A DNA stretch of 64,000 nt, taken from assembly GCA_963823555.1 (NCBI GenBank), contig CAWGMA010000002.1:352001-416000 (forward strand), in the 5' to 3' direction. Shown here in pieces: positions 29,316-37,970 of this stretch. The DNA comes from Candidatus Eiseniibacteriota bacterium. GTDB lineage: Bacteria; Eisenbacteria; RBG-16-71-46; CAVPCR01. A program made the translations under genes and the position numbers. The notes beneath the pieces were generated by a model that ran no database searches, was not told where the DNA came from, and was given only the letters and a program-made list of their open reading frames with translations. Position 1 is the stretch's first letter. Each line of letters opens with the position of its first letter.

Positions 29316-30074
29316 TTACGACTCCTGGACCTGAGGGCCCATGTCCTTGGCCGGCGGTATCGAAGCCGGCCCCGCGGCGGTTCCTTCCGCCGGTGGCAGC
29401 TCGAGCCCGTAGCTCGCCGCAAACTCGGTGAGGGCTTGCTCGGCGAGTACCTGCTGCTCCGCTTCCATGAGCTCCACCTTGGAGGTGTCGATGGTGGTCG
29501 CGGCCACCCGGGTGCGGCCCGCCGCCTTGTCCCGCCGTTCCGTCAGGTATTCCTCGACGCGGTTCAACGTATCGCCGGAGCCGCCGATCGAGGTCACCAT
29601 GCCGGTGGCCATCTCCTGCAGCTCGGCCTGGGCCTCGAGCATCTCGGTCTCGGTGAGGAGGCGCTTCAGCTTCTCGATCTTGGCCTGCGCCTCCTTGACC
29701 GCCACATCGCGCGCCTGGACGAGCTTCTTGAAGGTCTCCTCGGCAGTCTGCAGCTGCGCGCGGTTCTCCTCGAGCTGCTCCTTCACGGTCTTGAGCTGGA
29801 GCGCGTACTGGGCGGCGGCGTTGCGGTTCCCTACCTTCAAGTTGGCCGCAGCCTTGGCCGCCAGGTCGCGCTCCTGCGCCTCGAGGTTCTTGACCTGGCG
29901 CAGGAGCCGTTCGGTGAAACCGGCATGCACGGCGAGATTGTCGTTGTAGCGGGCGATCTGCTGGCGCAGGTTTTCCTTCTCGACCTCGAGCAAGGCCCGG
30001 GGATTCTGGCGCTCGATGCCGGAGATGAAGAGGCCGACAAATCCCCGGATCAGGTTGGAAATGCGCATCCACAT
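29316..30074 (-). CDS. PspA/IM30 (Vipp1/ESCRT-III superfamily) protein
   Basis: N-terminal amphipathic helix MWMRISNLIRGFVGLFISGIE followed by NPRALLE, long coiled coils, C-terminal 'ALTEF'; AGGAG RBS. Confidence 0.88.
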   Translation of the reverse strand: MWMRISNLIRGFVGLFISGIERQNPRALLEVEKENLRQQIARYNDNLAVHAGFTERLLRQVKNLEAQERDLAAKAAANLKVGNRNAAAQYALQLKTVKEQLEENRAQLQTAEETFKKLVQARDVAVKEAQAKIEKLKRLLTETEMLEAQAELQEMATGMVTSIGGSGDTLNRVEEYLTERRDKAAGRTRVAATTIDTSKVELMEAEQQVLAEQALTEFAASYGLELPPAEGTAAGPASIPPAKDMGPQVQES

Positions 30075-30164
30075 GGCGGGCTCCTTTGCCGGGCTTTCCT
30101 GCCGGGAGCTCCTCGGCCGGATGGTGCCGGCAACTCGTACGAACCTGACTGCCGCGGGCGGCGG

Positions 30165-30194
30165 ATTATCCGCAGAGCCCCAAGGCAGTGTCAA
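30165..30194 (-). promoter_or_regulatory. Sigma-70-type promoter of the pspA-like operon
   Basis: TTGACA-N18-GATAAT about 90 nt upstream of ATG 30074. Confidence 0.6.
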
Positions 30195-30446
30195 CCCGTT
30201 CCCGGAGGTTCAGGGCGCACTGCCAGCACGCCGGCCGGCTGGTGAGCGGGGCGGCGCGATATGGGATCGTCTCTCGGCTGTTTCTCTTGCACAGGAGCAG
30301 GAATGACACCGCGCGATCCCGACCGTGGGAACGGATTGGCGGAGGTGAGAGCGAAGATGAGACCTTGCCGTCAGGTCCGCGGAGTTCCTCGATCCTGGCG
30401 GTTTGCGGGTCGATGTCGATCGGGTCGGTTCATGTTGGCACCTTCC

Positions 30447-32807
30447 CTAATGCAGCAAGAGCATCCTGCGCTGCGCCACTTCGCCGCCCACCTCGAGCCG
30501 ATAGAGGTAGATGCCGCTGGGCAAGGACGTGGCCCCATCGGTGCGACCGTCCCACTGGACCTCATGATTCCCGGCAGCGAGCGTCCCGCCCACGAGCCGC
30601 CGGACGAGCCGCCCGCTGACGTCGTAGATGTCGAGCCGTGCATCTCCCGCCTCGGGCAACGCGAACTCGATCCGCGTGCCGCCGCGGAAGGGATTCGGCT
30701 CGTTCTGGGCGAGAGCGAGCCGCACCGCGGGAGCGGCACCCGGGGAGACCGCGGTGGGCGAGCCCTGCACGGTGAGCACCGCGATGCCGCGGCTCAGGCA
30801 GCTCATCCACAGCTCGTAGCCGCCGGGGATCTCGCGCACCTCCAGGTCCTCGATGGAGCTGTGCGGCAGGCCGCCCCACTGCGGCTCGCCGCCGGGAGGC
30901 GCGGGGAATGAGCCGATGTTCGTCCCGTCATACCAGCACAGTCCCGCGTCGTTCGACGGGTACTCGCTGTCGTACTGCATCCACAGGCGACCATCCGGCG
31001 TGACCGCCATCGGACGCACGTGTTCGCCGGGGAAGGGCCAGCCCTGATCATGCTCGAACATCTGGTAGGAGCCCGTGTTGGCATCGAGACGGATCAGGGT
31101 GCTGCCGGTGCTCGTGAACTGCGTCCACGTTCCGATCCAGGCAATACCGTCGGGCTCGGTGGCAAGGCCAGTGAACCATGTCCCTGATCCGGGGAAGTCG
31201 CCGATGGAACGCGAGAAGGAGTAGGTCCCGTCGGTGCGCAGCAGCTCGTAGTCCGTTGCCGCCCACACGGTGCCTGGGCGTGTTGGGTCCCTCTGGATCT
31301 TGAGGCCCCATCCCGTGATCGGCGCTGAGGTCCAGCCGGTCCCGTCGTGATAATTGAGCGCGAAGTACTCCCCCAGAGCCCATAGTCGGCCGAGCGAATC
31401 CTCGCACATGCGCTCCGCGCCGCCCAGCGATGGGAGCGGGTTGAAGCCCGAGCCGGTCCACTCGTGGATCCCGTAGAGCCAGTCGAGCGGCGAGACCGCG
31501 ACGCGCCCATTGGAGGGTCGATAAGCAAGCGCGGTGCAGAAGTCGTTGGGGAACGGCCAGTCGTACCCGAGGCCATAGGTGAGCGGATTCCATCCCGTCC
31601 AGCGTGCCCCATCGAAACGCACCATCCCCCCGATTCCAGAACCGGCATTGGCCCCTGTGTACATGTAGCCGTTGACGGGGTCGATGGTCAGGTCGCGGTT
31701 GAACTGGTCGAAGTTGGCTGTGTTGGTGATGCGGTAGCGTTGCCACTGGCCGGTCTGCACATTCCATCTTGCCGCCCCTCCGGTCCCGCAAACCCAGACG
31801 TTCCCGGCGGCATCGATGTCCACGCTCTGGGTGTTCTGCCCCGGGCGCCAGATGCCCAGACCTACCCAGCTGGTGCCGTTGAACTGATAGACGGTGCCCA
31901 CGCCGTCGACGAGGAGTGCGCGGCGATCCCCATAGGCCTTGAAGGCCCAGGTGTCGAACGTCACGCCGTAGTAGGGCTCCGGGACCGTGACCCAGGTGCC
32001 ATCGGGCCGGCGGTAGTCCAAGGCGTTGAAGTCCCCGGGATTCCGGAGCCGGAGCGCCCAGAAGTTCCCGGCGTCGTCGACGCAGTCCTTCCCCGGCAGA
32101 CCGGCGACATCCCCGGGGCTGCCGTTGGGATAGGTGACATCAATCGTGGTCCACTGCTGGGTGTCGCTGTCGAAGATGAATGTGTAGCTCTGGAGCGGCG
32201 GCCTCTCGGACGACCACACCAGGTAGCCGCCGGTGGCCTTGGGCTGCACGCTCATGAACTCAGCGCCGACCTGCCAGCGAGTCCAGGCGTTGGTCCCCGG
32301 GTCGTGGCGCACGATCCCGCCGTTCACGAACCACATCGTGCCGTCCGGGGCGCGGTCGATGTCCGAGGTGAAATCGTTGATGAGGCCCGAATTGGCCGGG
32401 CCGAGACGGGTGAGCGAGCTGGCGCCGATGACGGGGTCGAACGTCAGCGCGCCGCGCCAGGTGCCGAGCCAGAGCTTGCCGGTCGCGTCGGGGACGATGT
32501 CTTCGACGCGCACGCACCCCTGCTCGTCGGGATGGCCGATGACCGGATAGTCTACGTTCGAGTAGTTGATCCAGCGGTTCTCCTCCTGGACGAACTTCGC
32601 AAAGCCGCCCTCCTCGAAGGAGGGATCGTAGCCGCCGATGTAGGGGTCGCCATCCGGTCCAACCCATAGCGCCTCGTTGAAGTCGCCCTGGATGCCGGTG
32701 TTGCCGGGGCGGTAGTAGCGCCAGGAGTAGGTCTCCTCGGCCCCGGCAGCACCAGCGGCAAGCCCCATGATCACGGCCGCGGCCGCCAATCCGTTCCTGA
32801 AGTCCAT
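30447..32807 (-). CDS. Secreted beta-propeller protein (Reg_prop-like repeats) with C-terminal FlgD-Ig domain
   Basis: Signal peptide; repeated D..G..W blades; QNEPNPF...YDVSGRLVRRL...WDG...SGIYLYRL; GGAGG RBS. Confidence 0.85.
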   Translation of the reverse strand: MDFRNGLAAAAVIMGLAAGAAGAEETYSWRYYRPGNTGIQGDFNEALWVGPDGDPYIGGYDPSFEEGGFAKFVQEENRWINYSNVDYPVIGHPDEQGCVRVEDIVPDATGKLWLGTWRGALTFDPVIGASSLTRLGPANSGLINDFTSDIDRAPDGTMWFVNGGIVRHDPGTNAWTRWQVGAEFMSVQPKATGGYLVWSSERPPLQSYTFIFDSDTQQWTTIDVTYPNGSPGDVAGLPGKDCVDDAGNFWALRLRNPGDFNALDYRRPDGTWVTVPEPYYGVTFDTWAFKAYGDRRALLVDGVGTVYQFNGTSWVGLGIWRPGQNTQSVDIDAAGNVWVCGTGGAARWNVQTGQWQRYRITNTANFDQFNRDLTIDPVNGYMYTGANAGSGIGGMVRFDGARWTGWNPLTYGLGYDWPFPNDFCTALAYRPSNGRVAVSPLDWLYGIHEWTGSGFNPLPSLGGAERMCEDSLGRLWALGEYFALNYHDGTGWTSAPITGWGLKIQRDPTRPGTVWAATDYELLRTDGTYSFSRSIGDFPGSGTWFTGLATEPDGIAWIGTWTQFTSTGSTLIRLDANTGSYQMFEHDQGWPFPGEHVRPMAVTPDGRLWMQYDSEYPSNDAGLCWYDGTNIGSFPAPPGGEPQWGGLPHSSIEDLEVREIPGGYELWMSCLSRGIAVLTVQGSPTAVSPGAAPAVRLALAQNEPNPFRGGTRIEFALPEAGDARLDIYDVSGRLVRRLVGGTLAAGNHEVQWDGRTDGATSLPSGIYLYRLEVGGEVAQRRMLLLH

Positions 32808-32876
32808 CGTGCACCTCCGCGTTCGGACAAGCATATCCTACCGACGGCGAGGCGGTGATCCGGATACAGCCGGGTA

Positions 32877-35163
32877 TCAGAAGCCCTGAGCGCCGCCCCG
32901 CGCCGGCAGGCGGTCGCGGAGCCTCTCCCGGAGGTGGGTGTGCCGCTCGTCCAGGCGGCTGTTCTTGACGGCGATGGCAAGCGCGCGCCGGCTGCCGGCC
33001 ACCACGCAGAGTCTCCGGGCGCGGGTGATCGCCGTGTAGAGGAGGTTCCGCTGCAGCATGACGTAGTGCTGGGTGTGCAGCGGAATCACCACCGCCGGAT
33101 ACTCGCTGCCCTGCGACTTGTGGATCGAGCAGGCGTAGCCGAGCACGAGCTCGTCGAGATCGGCATAGTCGTAGCGGACGACGCGCTCATCGAACCGCAC
33201 CTCGACTTCTCGCGTCGCGTCATCGATTCCCGCCACGCGCCCCAGATCGCCGTTCCAGACCTCGAGCTGGTAGTTGTTGCGGATCTGCATCACCTTGTCG
33301 CCGACCCGGAAGGTGCGGCGTGCCGCGGGTGATCGACTCGCCGCGCGGATTGAGGAGCGCCTGCAGCTCGGCGTTCAGGTTGGCGGCACCGAGGAGTCCG
33401 CGGTGCATGGGGGTCAGCACCTGGACATCAGCGACAGGATCGAGGCGGAAGCGCGCGGGGATTCGTTCGGCGACCAGGTGCTTCACCTTGGCGAGCACCG
33501 CTTCCGGGTCGTCTTCCGCGACCAGGAAGAAGTCGGGCGGCTTCTCCTCGGCGATACTCGTGCCGGTATCCGTCGCGACCGGACGCAGGAACGGCATCTC
33601 GCCATGGTTCACCCGGTGCGCGTTGACCACGATCAGGCTCGGCTCGGCCTGGCGGAAGATCTCGTCGAGCTTGACGGTATCCACCACTCCCGACTCGATC
33701 ACATCGCGGAGGACGGAGCCCGGGCCCACGGATGGGAGCTGATCCACGTCACCGACGAGGATCAGCTGGCAGTGGGTGGGCAGGGCCTTCATCACATGAT
33801 GGGCGAGCACCGTGTCCACCATCGAGGTCTCGTCGAGGACGAGCACATCGGCGTCGAGCGGGTGCTCCACGTTGCGCTCGAAGGACATGGATTTCGGTGT
33901 GAACTCGAGGAGTCGATGCACGGTCTTCGCTTCGCGACCGGTGGTCTCCCGCAGGCGCTGCGCGGCGCGGCCGGTGGGCGCGGCGAGGAGGATACGCCGC
34001 CCCTTGCGCTCGAGGATCTGGATGATCCCATTGACCAGCGTGGTCTTGCCGGTGCCCGGGCCGCCGGTGATGACGAGCACCTTGGCCGTCACGGCGCGCC
34101 GGATGGCATCGCGTTGCCTGGGGGCGAGCTCGATGGCGGCCCGTTCCTCGAACCAGGACAGCGCGCGCTCGATGTCGATCGCGATCGGCTTGACCGGGGC
34201 CTGCATCAGATGGGCGATGCGCTCGGCGATGCTCGTCTCGGCGATGTGAAGCGGGCGCAGGTAGACGCCGGTGTCGGGGACGCCGGGTGAGCTCGGTGGA
34301 TTGAGGGCGGCGATGGGCTCGAGGACGGCGGACCCGCTCGCTGCGAGCTCGTCGATCGCCGACTCCACGAGCGTGACGTCGATCTGGAGCATGCCGGCTG
34401 ATTCGGTCACGAGCTTCGGGCGCGGCGTGAACACGTGCCCCTCCTCGGCGAGCTCGCCCAGCACGTGCAGCACGCCGGCGGCGGCGCGGCGCGGGGAATC
34501 GAGCGGGATCCCGAGGCTCCCGGCGATGCGGTCCGCCGTCTTGAAGCCGATGCCGAAGATGTCGGTCGCGAGCCGGTACGGGTTCTCGCGCACGATCGCG
34601 ATCGCGTCGTCACCGTATCGCTTGTAGATCTTGACGGCGTAGCTCGGCGACACGGCGTGCGACTGGAGGAAGAGCATGACCTCCTTGATCTGGCGCTGCT
34701 CGGCCCAGGCCCGGGCGATGCGCTCGGTGCGCACCGGACCGATTCCCGGCACCTCCGTCAATCGCTCCGGCTCGCGGTCGATGACCTCCAGGGTCGCGAG
34801 CCCGAAGTGCTGGACCAGACGGCCGGCCATCACCTTGCCGATGCCGCGCACGAGGCCGGATCCCAGGTAGCGCTCGATGCCGACCAGCGTGGCCGGCTGG
34901 ACGGTGGTGAAGGACTCGACGCGGAACTGCTCGCCGTACTTGCGATCGCGTTCCCAGCGCCCCTCGAGTTCGAGGCTCTCGCCAGGCTGGACGCCGAGCA
35001 GGTTTCCGACTGCGGTTACCGGTTCACGCCGGCCGGGCACGGCGAGACGCACCACGGTCCAGGCGTTCTCCTCGTTGGCATAGACGATGCGATCGAGAAC
35101 GCCCTCGATCTTGCGCGCGTCGGTGCGCGGAGGTGGCGCAGGTGGTTTGATCACGGCATCCAT
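32877..35163 (-). CDS. recD2: RecD2-like ATP-dependent DNA helicase (one frameshift near 33318)
   Basis: YGEQF, VRGIG/VPGIG HhH, NPYRL..GIGFKTAD, GGPGTGKTT, APTGRAA, DETSMVD, GDVDQLPSVG, SIHKSQGSEY, YTAITRAR. Confidence 0.93.
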
Positions 35164-35281
35164 GGGCCGGCTCAGGCAGCCGGGAAGATCCAGGGGAACA
35201 GCAGGCGAGAATAGCGCGGGGGCCGGATCCATGCCATCATCCCCATACTCGACCTGTCAGGCCGACCGCAGGAGGTGAGGC

Positions 35282-35821
35282 GTGGCCAATAAGAAGAAGA
35301 AGAACGCGAAGAAGCAGACGACAGGAAAGAAGCTCGCCGGGAAGAAGGACGCCAAGAAGAGCGCCAAGAAGGACGCCAAGAAGAGCGCCAAGAAGGACGC
35401 CGGGAAGAAGGCCATCAAGGCCCAGAAGGCCGGCAAGGAAAGCCGGAAGGCCGCCAAGAAGGTCGCGAGGCGTGATCGTTACCCGAATCGCGTGACCGTC
35501 ATCTGCACGTATCGCGTCAAGGAAAGCACGCAGCCTGATTTCCATGCTCTCATGACCAGGCACTGGCCGACCCTCAAGAAGCTCGGACTGGCCACTTCCG
35601 AGCGCCCCCTTCTCTACACCGGGAAGGACGAGTCGGGGCAGCCTCTCCTTGTCGAGATCTTCTCCTGGATTGATCCCCAGGCCCCCGAACGGGCCCATGC
35701 CGATCCCGAGGTGATGGCGATCTGGAACGCCATGGAGCCGTTCCTCGAGGAGCGATCGGGCCATCGCAAGTGGGAGTTTGTCCACGTCGCCCCGGCTCCG
35801 ATCCGCCTGGCGAAGCTGTAG
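35282..35821 (+). CDS. Protein with Lys/Ala-rich histone-H1-like N-terminus and a C-terminal ABM-like alpha+beta domain
   Basis: KKDAKKSA repeats; globular C-terminus 'VICTYRVK...HWPTL...VEIFSW...AH.DPEV.AIW'; GGAGG RBS. Confidence 0.7.
   Translation: MANKKKKNAKKQTTGKKLAGKKDAKKSAKKDAKKSAKKDAGKKAIKAQKAGKESRKAAKKVARRDRYPNRVTVICTYRVKESTQPDFHALMTRHWPTLKKLGLATSERPLLYTGKDESGQPLLVEIFSWIDPQAPERAHADPEVMAIWNAMEPFLEERSGHRKWEFVHVAPAPIRLAKL
35342..35401 (+). repeat. In-frame tandem repeat: five 12-bp units alternating AAGAAGGACGCC / AAGAAGAGCGCC
   Basis: Read directly; encodes KKDA-KKSA-KKDA-KKSA-KKDA. Confidence 0.9.
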
Positions 35822-35934
35822 CCAGCTCTCCTGTGCTAGACTTTCAGCCCCCCCACGCCTGGAGCTGGCGCCCACTGGCCGGCCCCGCTTCCCGGTTCGG
35901 AGCTCCGGATCGGGCTTCTCGGTGGAGCTAGACA

Positions 35935-36528
35935 ATGCCGCAAGTCGACGAAGCGACCCTCATCGAGCGGGTCAAGAACGGCGATCAGCAGGCCTTTGAG
36001 GATCTTGTCTCTCGTTACGAGAACAAGGTCTATCGGCTTGCGATCAAGCTCACCCGCAACGAGGCGCTCGCCGAGGAGGTGCTCCAGGAGGTCTTCATCA
36101 AGATCTACGAGAAGATCGATACCTTCCGGGGTGAGTCGGCGCTGTCGAGCTGGATCTACCGCATCGCCGCCAACGCCAGCTTCGCCAAGCTGAACCTCGA
36201 GAAGCGGCACCAGCATGCCGATATCGAGGAGACGATGCCGCAGGCGGAGCTTCAGCTCCTCGAGCGGCAGGATGTCACCCAGGAGGCCCCGGATCGCCCG
36301 CTCCTGGCCGACGAGGCGCTGAGCGTGATCAGCCAGGCGATCGAGCGGCTGCCCGAGGATTTCCGTGTGGTGCTGACGCTCCGCGACGTGGAGGGGCTTT
36401 CCAACGAGGAGGTGGCCCGCATCCTGGAGCTCTCGGTGCCGGCCGTGAAGTCGCGCCTCCATCGCGCCAGGTTGTTGCTGAGAAAGAGGTTGGCTCGCTA
36501 CTTCGATCGCCAGGTGTTCCCCTTCTAG
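35935..36528 (+). CDS. ECF RNA polymerase sigma-70 factor
   Basis: GDQQAFEDLV, AEEVLQEVF, SSWIYRIAAN, LRDVEGLSNEEVA, VKSRLHRAR. Confidence 0.95.
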   Translation: MPQVDEATLIERVKNGDQQAFEDLVSRYENKVYRLAIKLTRNEALAEEVLQEVFIKIYEKIDTFRGESALSSWIYRIAANASFAKLNLEKRHQHADIEETMPQAELQLLERQDVTQEAPDRPLLADEALSVISQAIERLPEDFRVVLTLRDVEGLSNEEVARILELSVPAVKSRLHRARLLLRKRLARYFDRQVFPF

Positions 36529-36664
36529 GGGCGGTGCGGAGCGGTGGCGCGGGATCGCGGATCAGCGGTCGTCCGGACCGGCCGGGGGAGGGGCAAAATG
36601 GCCGAATCGCCGGGAAGTGCGAAGCGATCGTTTAGTGTGGACACTGTTAGAGGCTGAAACCCCT

Positions 36665-36907
36665 ATGATGTACTGCCACCAGATCGTCGAGTTCCTGTCC
36701 TCCTACCTGGAGCAAGACCTCGACGAAGACACGATGCGCCACATGGATGAGCACCTGCGCGATTGCCGCCCGTGCATCTACTATGTGGACACCTTCCGGC
36801 GGATGATCAGTGCCAGCGGGCGCATACCGACGATCGAGACGATTCCCGAGGAGCTCAAGACGCGGCTCCACAGCTTCCTGGCCCTGAGGACCAAGCCGCA
36901 GCCCTGA
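36665..36907 (+). CDS. Soluble zinc-finger (zf-HC2/ZAS) anti-sigma factor
   Basis: C...LSSYLEQDL...HLRDCRPC (HxxxCxxC); directly downstream of the ECF sigma; no TM. Confidence 0.88.
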   Translation: MMYCHQIVEFLSSYLEQDLDEDTMRHMDEHLRDCRPCIYYVDTFRRMISASGRIPTIETIPEELKTRLHSFLALRTKPQP

Positions 36908-37088
36908 GGCACGACCGCCCGCCGCCCCTGCCGGCCGCCCCCTTCCTCCGCGTATCCTTCCCCCGCTCCCTGCTCGGCTTCCAGGATCATTTCGCAGCTT
37001 GAATCCGTAGTCTGACCGCGGTTTCATTCGATCGATCAGACGTTGTCCGGGGCCAGCCAGGTCCCAAGGCTGCGGGGAGGGGTTCAGC

Positions 37089-37970
37089 ATGCTTTCGATT
37101 CGCGGGCTGTCGAAGACCTATCCGGGGGGCGTGCGTGCTCTCGACCAGGTGACCCTGGAGATCGGTCAAGGCATGTTCGGGCTCCTCGGCCCCAACGGGG
37201 CCGGCAAGTCGACGCTCATGAAGATCCTGGCGACACTCCTCGAGCCGGACGACGGTACGGTCATCTTCGACGGCGTCGATGTCCTCAAGGAGAAGCAGAA
37301 AGTCCGCGAATGGGTGGGCTACCTGCCACAGGATTTTGGCTTCTATCCCTCGTTCACCGCGCGGCAGATGCTCGACTATTTCGCGGCATTGCGCGGGATT
37401 CAGTCTCGCCAGCGCAAGGCGCGGGTCGATGAGCTCATCGCCCGCGTGAACCTCGGCGAGGCTCGGAACCGCAAGCTCGGCGGGTTCTCCGGGGGCATGC
37501 GCCAGCGGCTGGGGATCGCGCAGGCGCTTCTCGCGCGGCCGCGGCTCCTCATCGTCGACGAGCCCACCGCGGGGCTCGACCCCGAGGAGCGCCTCCGCTT
37601 CCACAACCTCCTGGCGGAGGTCAGCCAGGATATCGTCGTCATCCTCTCCACGCATATCGTGAGCGATGTCTCCGTCCTCTGTTCACGGATGGCGGTCATC
37701 GATCGCGGCCGCATCGTCGCCGACACCACGCCGGGAGAGGCCGTGGTTCGACTGGCGGGACGGGTTTTCGAGGCCACGGTGCCGGCGGCGGATCTCCCCG
37801 AGGTCGGCAAGAACTGCCGCATCCTGTCCCGCATGGTGGCGAGCCCGACCACGGTCCGCGTCAAGGTCTACTCCGCCGACGGATCGGTTCCCGCGGGCTT
37901 CCAGGCCGCGAGTGGGGTCCTGGAGGATGCTTACTTCAGCCTGGTGGGCGATGCCGGAGGGCGGGCCTGA
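37089..37970 (+). CDS. ABC-2 type transporter ATPase
   Basis: GPNGAGKST, FSGGMRQR, IVDEPTAGLDP, STH. Confidence 0.95.
   Translation: MLSIRGLSKTYPGGVRALDQVTLEIGQGMFGLLGPNGAGKSTLMKILATLLEPDDGTVIFDGVDVLKEKQKVREWVGYLPQDFGFYPSFTARQMLDYFAALRGIQSRQRKARVDELIARVNLGEARNRKLGGFSGGMRQRLGIAQALLARPRLLIVDEPTAGLDPEERLRFHNLLAEVSQDIVVILSTHIVSDVSVLCSRMAVIDRGRIVADTTPGEAVVRLAGRVFEATVPAADLPEVGKNCRILSRMVASPTTVRVKVYSADGSVPAGFQAASGVLEDAYFSLVGDAGGRA

Noticed and set aside
30075..30300. Sigma-54/PspF-type control of pspA as in E. coli
   Set aside because: No convincing -24/-12 element or adjacent pspF; a TTGACA-N18-GATAAT sigma-70 promoter is present instead
35342..35401. Tandem repeat as CRISPR or non-coding VNTR
   Set aside because: No spacers or cas genes; it is an in-frame coding repeat
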